From: Acidimicrobiia bacterium
GTDB taxonomy: Bacteria; Actinomycetota; Acidimicrobiia; Spongiisociales; ZC4RG35
DNA length: 64,000 nucleotides
NCBI GenBank assembly: GCA_965216905.1
Contig: OZ244213.1
Coordinates: 214,903 to 278,902 of the forward strand
Direction of reading: 5' to 3'
In this document: positions 1-9,038 of the stretch, in pieces
Layout of the letters: each line of letters opens with the position of its first letter
How positions within the stretch are numbered: the first letter of the stretch is position 1
The notes under the pieces: generated by a model
What the model saw: the letters and a program-made list of their open reading frames with translations, nothing else
Told to the model about the DNA's origin: nothing
The model's database searches: none
Position numbers and translations under genes: made by a program

Positions 1-162
1 ATCGTGTTGTTCGTTCCGGCAGTGGCTCCGGTGTTCGACCTCGTGACACCCGACCTCGGTACCACGGCCCTCATCCTGGCTGCCGGAGCGATCCCGGCCG
101 GGCTCCTGGCCGTCTGGTTGCGAAGCCGCCCAGGGCGATCAGACCCGGTCACCGTCCGGTGA
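1..162 (+). CDS. 3' end of a membrane protein gene, possibly the C-terminus of a P-type cation-transporting ATPase (partial)
   Basis: Frame 1 is open from base 1 to TGA at 160-162: IVLFVPAVAPVFDLVTPDLGTTALILAAGAIPAGLLAVWLRSR, two hydrophobic segments. Family assignment is a weak guess. Confidence 0.4.
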   Translation: MVLFVPAVAPVFDLVTPDLGTTALILAAGAIPAGLLAVWLRSRPGRSDPVTVR

Positions 163-639
163 GTCGACCGCGACATAGTTGCTTCGGAAGTAACCCAGCG
201 CCGACCCGTGTCCGGTCTCCCGGAGCCGTGCCACCCGTCCCACCAGGATGCGATGGTCTCCGGCGTCGTGCACCGCATCCAGTTCACACTCGAACACCGC
301 GAGTGCTCCCGTCAGCACCGGCATGCCGTTGTATCCCGCCTCCCAGGCCACTCCTTCGAAGCGATCCTCCACCGGCGCTGCGAAGCGACGCGAGAGGTCG
401 ACCTGGTGGGCAGCGAGCACGTTGACGACGTAGCCGTGTCCGGCCGCGAAAGCGGGATTCGTCTCCGACCCGTTGCCAAGGCAGAAGAGAACCAGCGGCG
501 GGTCGAGCGACACCGTGCTGAATGAGTTGACCGTCAACCCCACAGGCTCATGGCCCACACCCAGCGTGGTCACGACGGTCACACCGGTTGGGAAGTGGCC
601 GGCGACGGCCCGAAACACCGCTGGATCGATTCCTGGCAT
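139..639 (-). CDS. Flavin reductase family protein (DIM6/NTAB-like)
   Basis: FRAVAGHFPTGVTVVT, GLTVNSFSTVSLDPPLVL and AGDHRILVGRV are typical flavin reductase motifs. Confidence 0.92.
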   Translation of the reverse strand: MPGIDPAVFRAVAGHFPTGVTVVTTLGVGHEPVGLTVNSFSTVSLDPPLVLFCLGNGSETNPAFAAGHGYVVNVLAAHQVDLSRRFAAPVEDRFEGVAWEAGYNGMPVLTGALAVFECELDAVHDAGDHRILVGRVARLRETGHGSALGYFRSNYVAVDSPDGDRV

Positions 640-734
640 GGGGTGAGGCTCCCTGGAACGGGTCCCCGATCCTAGAAGCGCGCCCGACCATGGACTGGTT
701 CCGGATGGCTCCCCTTCGGTACCCTCGCCGTCTC

Positions 735-2399
735 ATGGCAGCACCAGCTCGTACCGGACGGCACATCTTGGTCGCAGTGGCATGGCCCTACGCGTCCGGT
801 TCTCGACACCTCGGCCACCTGGCAGGTGCATACCTGCCCGCCGACATCTTCGCCCGCTATCACCGGCTGGCCGGGAACGAGGTCCTGATGGTGTCCGGCT
901 CGGATGTCCACGGCACACCGATCACGGTGCGAGCCGAGCAGGAAGGCGTGAGCCCACAAGAGATCGTCGACCGTTACCACGGCGAGTTCGTCGAGGCGTG
1001 GGAACGACTCGGGATCTCCTGGGATCTCTATACCTCGACCGGGACCGACACCCACCACGCGGTCACGCAGGACATGTTCCGACGGCTGGCCGAACAGGGA
1101 TTCATCGACACCCGGCGAACCGAACAACTCTTCGATCCGGAGGCCAACCGCTTCCTGCCCGACCGATACGTGGAAGGAACCTGCCCTCACTGTGGGTTCT
1201 CGGCGGCACGGGGCGACCAGTGCGACAACTGTGGCCGACAGCTCGACCCGACCGACCTCATCGACCCGACGAGCAGGTTCACGGGCGCCACGCCGCTCGT
1301 TCGTGAGACCGAGCACTACTTCTTCCTGCTGTCCAAGTTCGGAGATCGGCTGCTCGAATGGCTTCGATCGCGGAAGGGATGGCGCCGGCACGTCTTGAAC
1401 ATGGCGGTCGGTTTCACCGAGGAAGGACTCCAAGATCGCGCCATCACCCGTGACCTCGACTGGGGGGTGGCCCTGCCCGAACCGTACGACACGATCGGAG
1501 AGGGAAAACGCATCTATGTGTGGTTCGACGCGGTGATCGGATACCTGTCGGCCTCCAAGGAATGGGCCGAGCGGTCCGGCGATCCCGGGGCGTGGAAGGC
1601 CTGGTGGGAGAACCCCGACGCCGAGAGCTACTACTTCATCGGCAAGGACAACGTCGTCTTCCACGCGGTGATCTGGCCGTGTCAGCTGATGGGGTACGGA
1701 GGACTGCAACTCCCGACGGACGTGCCGGCCAACCAGTTCGTCACCTTCAAGGGAGACAAGGCATCGGCGAGCCGCGGTGTCGGCCGGTCGATCGGCTGGT
1801 ACGCCGAGCGGCTCGAACCGGACGCACTCCGCTTTGCGCTGACGTCGGTGCTCCCCGAGCAGAACGACACCGACCTCACCGACGGGTTGATCATCGAACG
1901 GGTCAACAGCGAGCTGGTCGCAACGTGGGGAAACCTCGTCAACCGGGTGCTTTCCCTGACCGCCAAGAACTTCGATGGATCGGTGCCGGAGCCGGCCGGC
2001 ACGACCCCTGCGGACCAGGAGCTGTTGGCGCACGTCGATGGTGCGCTCACGGCCACGTCGGCCCATCTGGAGGCTCGCGAGCTTCGGGCCGGTCTTCGGA
2101 CCGCAATGGAGGCGGCGGCCGCCACGAACGCCTACCTCAACGCCGAAGAGCCCTGGAAGACGGTGAAGGTCGATCACGAACGAGCGGCCACCGTGCTGTG
2201 GACGGCGATCCAGGCAGTCTCCGGCATTCGGGTGGGTCTCGCTCCCTACCTGCCCTTCACGACCCGAACACTGGGAACGATGCTCGGACTCGATCCGGTT
2301 CCGTCGGCGTGGGAACGTCCCGAGGTGCCGGCGGGGACCGTCTTCGGAACGATCACACCACTGTTCTCCAAGCTGGAACCGGACGTCCTCGACGACTGA
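735..2399 (+). CDS. metG: Methionine--tRNA ligase (short form, no C-terminal tRNA-binding domain)
   Basis: AWPYASGSRHLGH (HIGH), CPHC/CDNC zinc knuckle, YVWFDAVIGY, GKDNVVFH. Start moved to ATG 735. Confidence 0.97.
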   Translation: MAAPARTGRHILVAVAWPYASGSRHLGHLAGAYLPADIFARYHRLAGNEVLMVSGSDVHGTPITVRAEQEGVSPQEIVDRYHGEFVEAWERLGISWDLYTSTGTDTHHAVTQDMFRRLAEQGFIDTRRTEQLFDPEANRFLPDRYVEGTCPHCGFSAARGDQCDNCGRQLDPTDLIDPTSRFTGATPLVRETEHYFFLLSKFGDRLLEWLRSRKGWRRHVLNMAVGFTEEGLQDRAITRDLDWGVALPEPYDTIGEGKRIYVWFDAVIGYLSASKEWAERSGDPGAWKAWWENPDAESYYFIGKDNVVFHAVIWPCQLMGYGGLQLPTDVPANQFVTFKGDKASASRGVGRSIGWYAERLEPDALRFALTSVLPEQNDTDLTDGLIIERVNSELVATWGNLVNRVLSLTAKNFDGSVPEPAGTTPADQELLAHVDGALTATSAHLEARELRAGLRTAMEAAAATNAYLNAEEPWKTVKVDHERAATVLWTAIQAVSGIRVGLAPYLPFTTRTLGTMLGLDPVPSAWERPEVPAGTVFGTITPLFSKLEPDVLDD

Positions 2400-2458
2400 G
2401 CGCCTCCGGGATCAGCGAGGGTCCTCCCTGATTCCCATCGGCCCGCCCATGTGGCATC

Positions 2459-2722
2459 GTGTTGGCCATGTCGCCCCGAGGCCCCCTCCCTGTGCGAGCC
2501 GCCACCGTCCTGGCCGGCACCGTGCTGATGGCGGTGGGGGTGGTGGGCCTGTTCCTGCCGATCCTTCCGGGCTGGTTGCTGATCATCCCCGGATTGGCGC
2601 TGCTCGGGCGGGAGTTCACCTGGGCGGAACGACTGCTCGCCGCCATCCGATCGAGGTTCGAGAGCACCCGATCATCGCTCGCCCAACGCCGCCCCCCCGC
2701 CGAGGAACGCGACGCCGCCTGA
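2459..2722 (+). CDS. PGPGW-domain-like small membrane protein
   Basis: GVVGLFLPILPGWLLIIPGLALLGREFTWAERLL matches the actinobacterial PGPGW family pattern. Confidence 0.75.
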   Translation: MLAMSPRGPLPVRAATVLAGTVLMAVGVVGLFLPILPGWLLIIPGLALLGREFTWAERLLAAIRSRFESTRSSLAQRRPPAEERDAA

Positions 2723-2778
2723 GGGCCAACTCGGCGGCGGTTGGTGTTGTGTCGGAGCGGCGACGCCGTCGACCAGGG

Positions 2779-3717
2779 TCATGAGTGCTTCGGTTCCTCG
2801 GGGGCGGCACGGTCGACCACCCACTCGGCGACGAGGTCGAGGGTGACCGGGTCGACCGGGCGGCGGACCTGCTTTCTGTAGGTTCGGACCGAGGCGGGGC
2901 CGGCGTCGATCCGGAGCAGGTGGGTCAGGTCCCTGGGCCGGTGACTGGTGAAGTCACCGTCGACCAGGTTGGCCATCCTTTCGAGATCGTCCGGATCGAC
3001 CTGGACGTCCTTGTCGCCGGTGATGGCCAGCATCGGCACGGTCATGCCGTCGACGGCGGTGGTCGGGTCGTAGGCCATGAACTCGCGAAACCACTTGGCG
3101 TTCACCTTGACCATCTGAAGACGCATCACGTCCTGGGTCGAGGCCTTGATCTCGTCGAGGCGCTTCCGCTGGGTCTTCGCCAGATCCAAACGGAGGACCT
3201 TCGTCAGGATCTTGACGGGCCCTGGCAGGCTGTCGCCGATCTGGGCCATCTGCCAGACAAGGATGTCCTCGCCATTCCGAGCGGCGCCCGCCAGGAGGAC
3301 CACGCCGGCGATCGACGGATCGGTGACGGCCATCTCACCGGCGATGAGGGCTCCTTCGCTGTGGCCGACGACGAACGTTCGGTCAGCGGCGACCTCCGCT
3401 CGGGCCCGCAACGCGGCCAGGGCCGCCAGGCCATCGTCGACGTTGTCGTGGAAGCCGGTGGCTTGGTACTCGCCGCCACTGTCGCCGACGCCGCGTTTGT
3501 CGTAGCGGAGCGACGAGACGCCGGTTACCGCCAGCCGTTCGGCCACCTGAGCCATGACGTCGATGGGCATCCGCTTCATGTTCGAGTCGCGGTCGATCGG
3601 GCCGGAACCGCTGATCAGCACCGCGGAGGGGCCAGGCCGCCCGGCGTCGGCCACGGTGAGCGTGCCGACGAGCGTGTGACCGGCTGAGGCGAACGAGATG
3701 ATTTCGGTGTGTGCCAT
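2779..3717 (-). CDS. Alpha/beta hydrolase (esterase/peptidase-like)
   Basis: GSGPIDRD, LRYDKRGVGDS, nucleophile elbow GHSEG, GDKDVQV, THLLR. RBS GAGGAG-like upstream of ATG 3717. Confidence 0.9.
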   Translation of the reverse strand: MAHTEIISFASAGHTLVGTLTVADAGRPGPSAVLISGSGPIDRDSNMKRMPIDVMAQVAERLAVTGVSSLRYDKRGVGDSGGEYQATGFHDNVDDGLAALAALRARAEVAADRTFVVGHSEGALIAGEMAVTDPSIAGVVLLAGAARNGEDILVWQMAQIGDSLPGPVKILTKVLRLDLAKTQRKRLDEIKASTQDVMRLQMVKVNAKWFREFMAYDPTTAVDGMTVPMLAITGDKDVQVDPDDLERMANLVDGDFTSHRPRDLTHLLRIDAGPASVRTYRKQVRRPVDPVTLDLVAEWVVDRAAPEEPKHS

Positions 3718-3765
3718 GGCGACCCTCCTCGGGAGGCTGCAACTGGCCTCGTTCGTACCGATCGT

Positions 3766-3797
3766 TCTCAATACTGCGAATATTATCAATGATGAGA
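3766..3797. promoter_or_regulatory. Possible operator in the divergent hydrolase/regulator promoter
   Basis: AT-rich stretch bounded by the inverted pair TCTCA...TGAGA in otherwise ~70% GC DNA. Confidence 0.3.
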
Positions 3798-3811
3798 CTA
3801 ATCTGCAACCC

Positions 3812-4342
3812 GTGACATCACGAGACCTTCTCCTCCATCCCGTCCGCCTCCGCATCGTCCAGGCGCTCGTTGGCCGGCCGCTGACGCCGCTGGCTCTGAA
3901 GGAGCAACTCGGCGACGTGGCCCAGGCGACGCTCTATCGCCACATCAAAGAGCTTCACGACAGTGGGTTCATCGACGTGATCGACGAGCGGCAGGTACGC
4001 GGCGGATCAGAGCGCACCTACGCGGTGGTCGAATCGGCGGTCCACCTGGGCCCGGACGAGCTGGCCGACTCCACACGCGACGACCACGTCCGCTACTTCC
4101 TCACGTTCCTCGGCACCCTCATCGCCGACTTCTGCACCTACCTCGAGTCGAATGACCCGGACCTGGCGGTCGACGGCGTCGGATATCAGCAGACCCCGCT
4201 GTGGCTGAGCGATGAGGAGTTCGCAGACTTCGCCGAGGAGGTGAGCAGGGTCATTCGGGCGCGCCTCGGGAACAGTCCGGAACCGGGACGTCGGCGCCGG
4301 CTGTTCACCACCGTCGTCATGCCCGACCGGAGGCACGACTGA
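3812..4342 (+). CDS. ArsR-like helix-turn-helix transcriptional regulator
   Basis: LLLHPVRLRIVQAL...VAQATLYRHIKELHDSG...RGGSERTY; divergent from the hydrolase. Start GTG 3812 inferred. Confidence 0.85.
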   Translation: MTSRDLLLHPVRLRIVQALVGRPLTPLALKEQLGDVAQATLYRHIKELHDSGFIDVIDERQVRGGSERTYAVVESAVHLGPDELADSTRDDHVRYFLTFLGTLIADFCTYLESNDPDLAVDGVGYQQTPLWLSDEEFADFAEEVSRVIRARLGNSPEPGRRRRLFTTVVMPDRRHD

Positions 4343-4405
4343 CATCGGTCGAGGCGCCCTGGCGCTATCGAGGAAGCGCGTCGGGCGCCCTTGACGAAGT
4401 GCGAC

Positions 4406-4822
4406 TCAAGAGGGTGAGTAGACCCCCATGTCCCGAGCCTTCTCGGTCTGCCAGAAGATGTCGGCGATCTCATCGATCAGATCGACCAGTTTCTGGCCGT
4501 CGGCCGGGTCGACCGACTTCTTGGCGACGCCGGCCTGATGGATGGCTCTCCAGAACAGATCGTCGAGGTTCGAGAACTGCTCACGATGGTCAGCGGTGAA
4601 GAAGTCCGCCCACAGCACCATCAGGTGGTGTTTGGCGAGCTCGGCCCGTTCCTCCTTGACGGCGATGGCCCGGGCACGGAACACCTCGTCGTCGGAGTCC
4701 TGGTACTTCTGAGCCGACTTCATCACCGACAGCGCCTCGATCTTGGCCTGGGCGGGGTCGTAGACGCCGCAGAAAAGGTCGCAGTGGGCGTGTGCCTTGG
4801 TGGATGGACGAAACAGTCCCAT
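4406..4822 (-). CDS. sodN: Nickel superoxide dismutase precursor
   Basis: 12-residue leader, then Ni-hook HCDLFCGVYDPAQA; KEERAELAKHHLMVLWADFF; divergent from an S26 maturase. Confidence 0.93.
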   Translation of the reverse strand: MGLFRPSTKAHAHCDLFCGVYDPAQAKIEALSVMKSAQKYQDSDDEVFRARAIAVKEERAELAKHHLMVLWADFFTADHREQFSNLDDLFWRAIHQAGVAKKSVDPADGQKLVDLIDEIADIFWQTEKARDMGVYSPS

Positions 4823-4890
4823 CGGATCACCTCTCCTCGTTGGTTCCCGGTCGACGATACTCGTCGGTACACCCCACCCCTACCCGGAGC

Positions 4891-5199
4891 ATGCGACTTC
4901 CAATCCGCCGTTTCGAAGTGGTCGACCGCTCGATGACGCCCACGCTGCAGCCCGGCGACTACCTGATCGGCTGGGCGGGGGGCCGCCGCCGGCCCGGCCA
5001 GATCGTCGTGTTCCAACACCCGCACCGGCCGGGATTCTGGTTGGTGAAACGCGTCGAAACCGTCGACGGTGATCGGATGTCGGTCCGGTCGGATGCGCCC
5101 CACCTGACGACCGCGGACTCGCGAACCTTCGGCTCGGTGCCGGTCGGCGGCTCCTACCGGGTGGCCATCCGGTATCACCGGTCGAAATCACCGCCATGA
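4891..5199 (+). CDS. sodX: Nickel-SOD maturation protease (S26 family)
   Basis: SMTPTLQPGD, LVKRV and VRSDA S26 motifs; adjacent to sodN. Confidence 0.88.
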   Translation: MRLPIRRFEVVDRSMTPTLQPGDYLIGWAGGRRRPGQIVVFQHPHRPGFWLVKRVETVDGDRMSVRSDAPHLTTADSRTFGSVPVGGSYRVAIRYHRSKSPP

Positions 5200-5280
5200 T
5201 CAAACCGATTCCACAATGCGGGACGATTCCATGATGCGGTATTCTCGCCGTCGACCATCTCCACCACCGAGGAGCCCCTG

Positions 5281-7038
5281 ATGAGCGTTCCCACTGACAT
5301 CGACATCGCCCGGAGCGCCAGCCTCCTCCCGATCTCGGAGGTCGCCGCCCGGATCGGACTGGAGCCGGACGAACTCATCCCGTACGGCTCGACCAAGGCC
5401 AAGGTGCACCTCGACACCCTCAAGCGGGTGGGGGGCCGGCCTCGGGGCAAGTATGTCGATGTCACCGCCATCACGCCCACCCCACTCGGCGAGGGCAAGA
5501 CGACGACCACGGTCGGATTGACCCAGGGCCTGGGCGCGCTCGGCAAGGAGGCGATCGCCTGTATACGTCAGCCGTCGATGGGTCCGACGTTCGGGATCAA
5601 GGGTGGAGCTGCCGGCGGCGGCTACAGCCAGGTGGTTCCGATGGACGAGTTCAACCTCCACCTCACCGGCGACATCCATGCGATCTCCGCCGCGCACAAC
5701 CTGGTGGCCGCCGCCATCGATGCCCGCTGGTACCACGAGTCTCGAATGTCCGACGCCCAACTCACCGAACTCGGGTTGGAGCGACTGGGTATCGACGTCT
5801 TCGCGCTCCAATGGAACCGCGTCGTCGACATCAACGACCGAGCTCTGCGGAATGTGATCGTCGGGCTGGGCGGCAAGGCGGAGGGACGGCCCCGGGAGAC
5901 CGGATTCGACATCACCGTCGCCTCCGAGCTCATGGCCATCCTGGCGCTGGTGGACGGCGACTCGTACTCATCGGCGTTGCGCAACCTCCGAGAGCGGGTG
6001 GCCCGGGTGGTGATCGGCAACAGCAAGAAGGGCACGCCGATCACGCTGGAGGATCTCGGCGTTGCCGGTGCCGTGACCGTGCTGATGAAAGACGCCCTCC
6101 ATCCCACCATCATGCAGACCCTCGAAGGCCAGGCCGCGTTCGTCCATGCCGGCCCGTTCGCCAACATCGCCCACGGCAACTCGTCCATCCTCGCCGATCG
6201 CATCGCCCTCCACCTCGGTGACTACGTCATCACCGAATCCGGCTTCGGGGCGGACATGGGCATGGAGAAGTTCATGGACATCAAGTGCCGGACCTCCGGC
6301 CTGGCGCCCGACTGTGTGGTCCTCGTCGCCACCGTCCGCGCCCTCAAGACCCACGGTGGTGGACCCAAGGTGGTGCTGGGCCGCCCGCTCGACAAGGCCT
6401 ACACCGAGGAGAACCTGGCACTCCTCCAAGCCGGCATGGACAACATGTTGGCCCACATCAAGAACGCCAAACGCTTTGGCGTGCCGGTGGTCGTGGCGAT
6501 CAACTCCTTCCCCACCGATACCTGGGCGGAGATCAACGCCATCAAGGAGGCCGCCACCGCGGCCGGGGCGTCGGCGGCCGTGCTCGCCGAACACTGGGCC
6601 AAAGGCGGCGAAGGCGCCACCGAACTCGCGGCGGCGGTCGTAGAGGCATGCGAGCAGCCCAACGAGTTCGCCTACCTGTACCCCCTCAACATGGCGATCA
6701 AGCAGAAGATCGAGATCATCGCCAAAGACATCTACGGCGCGGCCGATGTCGAGTACTCCCCCCTCGCCGAACGGCAGATCGCCGGCTACGAACAAGCGGG
6801 ATTCGGCTACCTCCCGATCTGCATGGCGAAGACCCACCTCTCGATCAGCCACGACGCCGCGCTGAAGGGCGCCCCCTCGGGCTTCATCGTGCCGGTCCGG
6901 GAAGTGCGGGCCTCGGCCGGCGCAGGATTCATCTATCCGCTGCTGGGCGAGATGCGCACGATGCCGGGTCTGGGGTCGACGCCCGCCTACATGAAGGTCG
7001 ACATCGACGACGACGGAAACGTGGTCGGGCTGTTCTGA
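5281..7038 (+). CDS. fhs: Formate--tetrahydrofolate ligase
   Basis: [51 protein letters not shown]. Confidence 0.97.
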   Translation: MSVPTDIDIARSASLLPISEVAARIGLEPDELIPYGSTKAKVHLDTLKRVGGRPRGKYVDVTAITPTPLGEGKTTTTVGLTQGLGALGKEAIACIRQPSMGPTFGIKGGAAGGGYSQVVPMDEFNLHLTGDIHAISAAHNLVAAAIDARWYHESRMSDAQLTELGLERLGIDVFALQWNRVVDINDRALRNVIVGLGGKAEGRPRETGFDITVASELMAILALVDGDSYSSALRNLRERVARVVIGNSKKGTPITLEDLGVAGAVTVLMKDALHPTIMQTLEGQAAFVHAGPFANIAHGNSSILADRIALHLGDYVITESGFGADMGMEKFMDIKCRTSGLAPDCVVLVATVRALKTHGGGPKVVLGRPLDKAYTEENLALLQAGMDNMLAHIKNAKRFGVPVVVAINSFPTDTWAEINAIKEAATAAGASAAVLAEHWAKGGEGATELAAAVVEACEQPNEFAYLYPLNMAIKQKIEIIAKDIYGAADVEYSPLAERQIAGYEQAGFGYLPICMAKTHLSISHDAALKGAPSGFIVPVREVRASAGAGFIYPLLGEMRTMPGLGSTPAYMKVDIDDDGNVVGLF

Positions 7039-7132
7039 AGACATCTGCGGGTACAGCTGCGAGGATGGAACGAGCCGTCGGCGACGGCGAAGAGAACGGC
7101 CGGGAGCCGGCCGAGGAGAGGAGGTGATGAAG

Positions 7133-9025
7133 ATGCGCAAGCCACGCTTGACCGAGCCGCTGGTGCGGGAGAACGGAGTACTCCGGCCCGCCGGCTGGGA
7201 CGAAGCCATCGAACGGGCAGCAACCGGACTGGGATCGGTCCGCGCCGAACACGGACCGACCGCGCTCGGAATGTTCAGCTGCTCGAAGGCCACCAACGAG
7301 ACGAACTATCTGGCCCAGAAGTTCGCACGAGTGGTCCTCGGGATGAACAACATCGACTCGTGTAACCGCACCTGACACGCTCCCAGTGTCACCGGTCTGG
7401 TGATGACGCTCGGAGCAGGAGGCGGGACGAGTTCCTATGAGGAGATCGAGAACACCGATGTGATCCTCCTCTGGGGGTCCAACGCGCGCAACGCGCATCC
7501 CATCTTCTTCCACCATCTGTTGAAGGGGGTCCACAACGGCGCCCGGATGTATGCCGTCGACCCTCGACGCTCGGAATCGGCCCGCTGGGCAGACGTCTGG
7601 CTGGGCATCGAGGTCGGCTCCGACATCGCCCTGGCCAACGCCATGGCGAAGGTCATCATCGACGAAGGGCTCCAGCGCACCGACTTCATCGATCGAGCCA
7701 CCACCGGCTTCGACGAGTACGCAGCGACCGTGGCCGAGTACACCCTCGACCGCGCCACGCGCATCACCGGCATCCCCGGCGACGTCATCGCCGAGATGGC
7801 GATCGCCTACGCCACCGCCGAGACCGCCCAGATCTGCTGGACGCTGGGGATCACCGAACACCACAACGCCACCGACAACGTCTTGGCCCTCATCTCGCTG
7901 GCACTGCTGACCGGCCACGTCGGGCGGTTCGGCTCCGGTCTCGTCCCGATCCGCGGCCAGAACAACGTCCAGGGCGGCGGCGACATGGGGGCATTGCCGA
8001 ACAAGCTCCCCGGCTTCCAAGACATCGAGGACGACACGCACCGTGGCAAGTTCGAAGCCGAGTACGGGGTGGAGCTCCCCGCCAAGTCCGGATGGCACCT
8101 GTCCGAGATGTTCGAGGCGATGGAGGCCGGCAGGCTGCGCGGCCTGTACGTGATCGGGGAGAACCCGGCCCAGTCCGAAGCCGACTCCGGCCAGACCGTC
8201 GAGCGGCTCGACAACCTCGACTTCCTGGTCGTACAGGACATCTTTCTCACCCGCACCGCCCAGATGGCCGACGTGGTCTTGCCCGCCGCCGCCGACTGGT
8301 GTGAGGCCGAAGGAACGGTCACCTCGTCGGAACGCCGTGTGCAGCGGGTGCGGAAGGCGCTGGACCCGCCCGGCCAGGCGCGCACCGACATCGAGATCAT
8401 GTCGATGCTCGCTGCGGCGATGGGCCACAACTGGGGACGTCCCGCCGCCCAGGAGGTGTGGGACGAGCTGCGCAGCCTCTCCCCTCCCCACGCCGGTATG
8501 AGCTACCGCCGTCTCGAAGACCTGGGCGGGCTCCAGTGGCCCTGCCCGGACGACGAGCACCCCGGCAGCCAGTTCCTCCACGGTCGCTTGTGGTCCGATG
8601 ACGTGGGCCGGCCCGCCCCCTTCGTCCCGGTGGAGTGGGTCCCGCCGGTCGACACGCTCACCGACGAGTACCCGCTGCGGATGACCACCGGGCGGCACCT
8701 CGACGGGTACAACACCGGTGTCCAATCCGGAGGTTTCGACTCTCCGATCAGACTCGGATGCACGATCGACGTCTCGCCGGAGGACGCAGAGCGGCTGGCG
8801 GTGAAGCCCGGCGACATCGTCGAGGTCGTCTCCCGGCGCGGCTCGATCGAGGCACCGGTGCGGGTCGATCCGGGTCTGCGGCCCGGGCTCACCTTCATGG
8901 CGCTCCACTACCCCGACGACGTCGACATCAACACGCTGACCGTCGACGCGTGGGATCCGCGCTCGGGCACTTCCGAGTTCAAGGCGACGGCGATCCGGAT
9001 CGTCAAACGGTCGGCCGTCTCGTGA
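7133..9025 (+). CDS. fdhF: Selenocysteine-containing formate dehydrogenase catalytic (Mo/W-bisPGD) subunit
   Basis: ORFs 7124-7375 and 7400-9025 are in the same frame, joined by TGA 7373-7375 in NIDSCNRT-U-HAPSVTGL, the FDH active-site Sec/Cys position. Also RGQNNVQG and a C-terminal molybdopterin dinucleotide domain. SD GGAGG favours ATG 7133. Confidence 0.92.
7379..7416 (+). promoter_or_regulatory. Bacterial SECIS-like hairpin
   Basis: GCUCC/GGAGC, AGUGUC/GACGCU and ACC/GGU stems close an apical GGUCU loop; GGUCUG lies at the same distance from UGA as in the E. coli fdhF SECIS. Confidence 0.8.
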
Positions 9026-9038
9026 AGGGGGACGGTGC

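Noticed and set aside
1741-1790. MetG with KASAS in place of KMSKS
   Set aside because: This MetRS subtype often varies here (KFSTS/KISTS-like), so it is not unusual enough to report.
5200-5280. ZTP (pfl) or THF riboswitch before fhs
   Set aside because: I could not find the conserved blocks by eye in this short leader; an Rfam scan would settle it.
7124-9025. Split or pseudogenised FDH (two ORFs in the track)
   Set aside because: The stop is an in-frame UGA at the Sec/Cys ligand position with a SECIS-like hairpin, so recoding is the better explanation.
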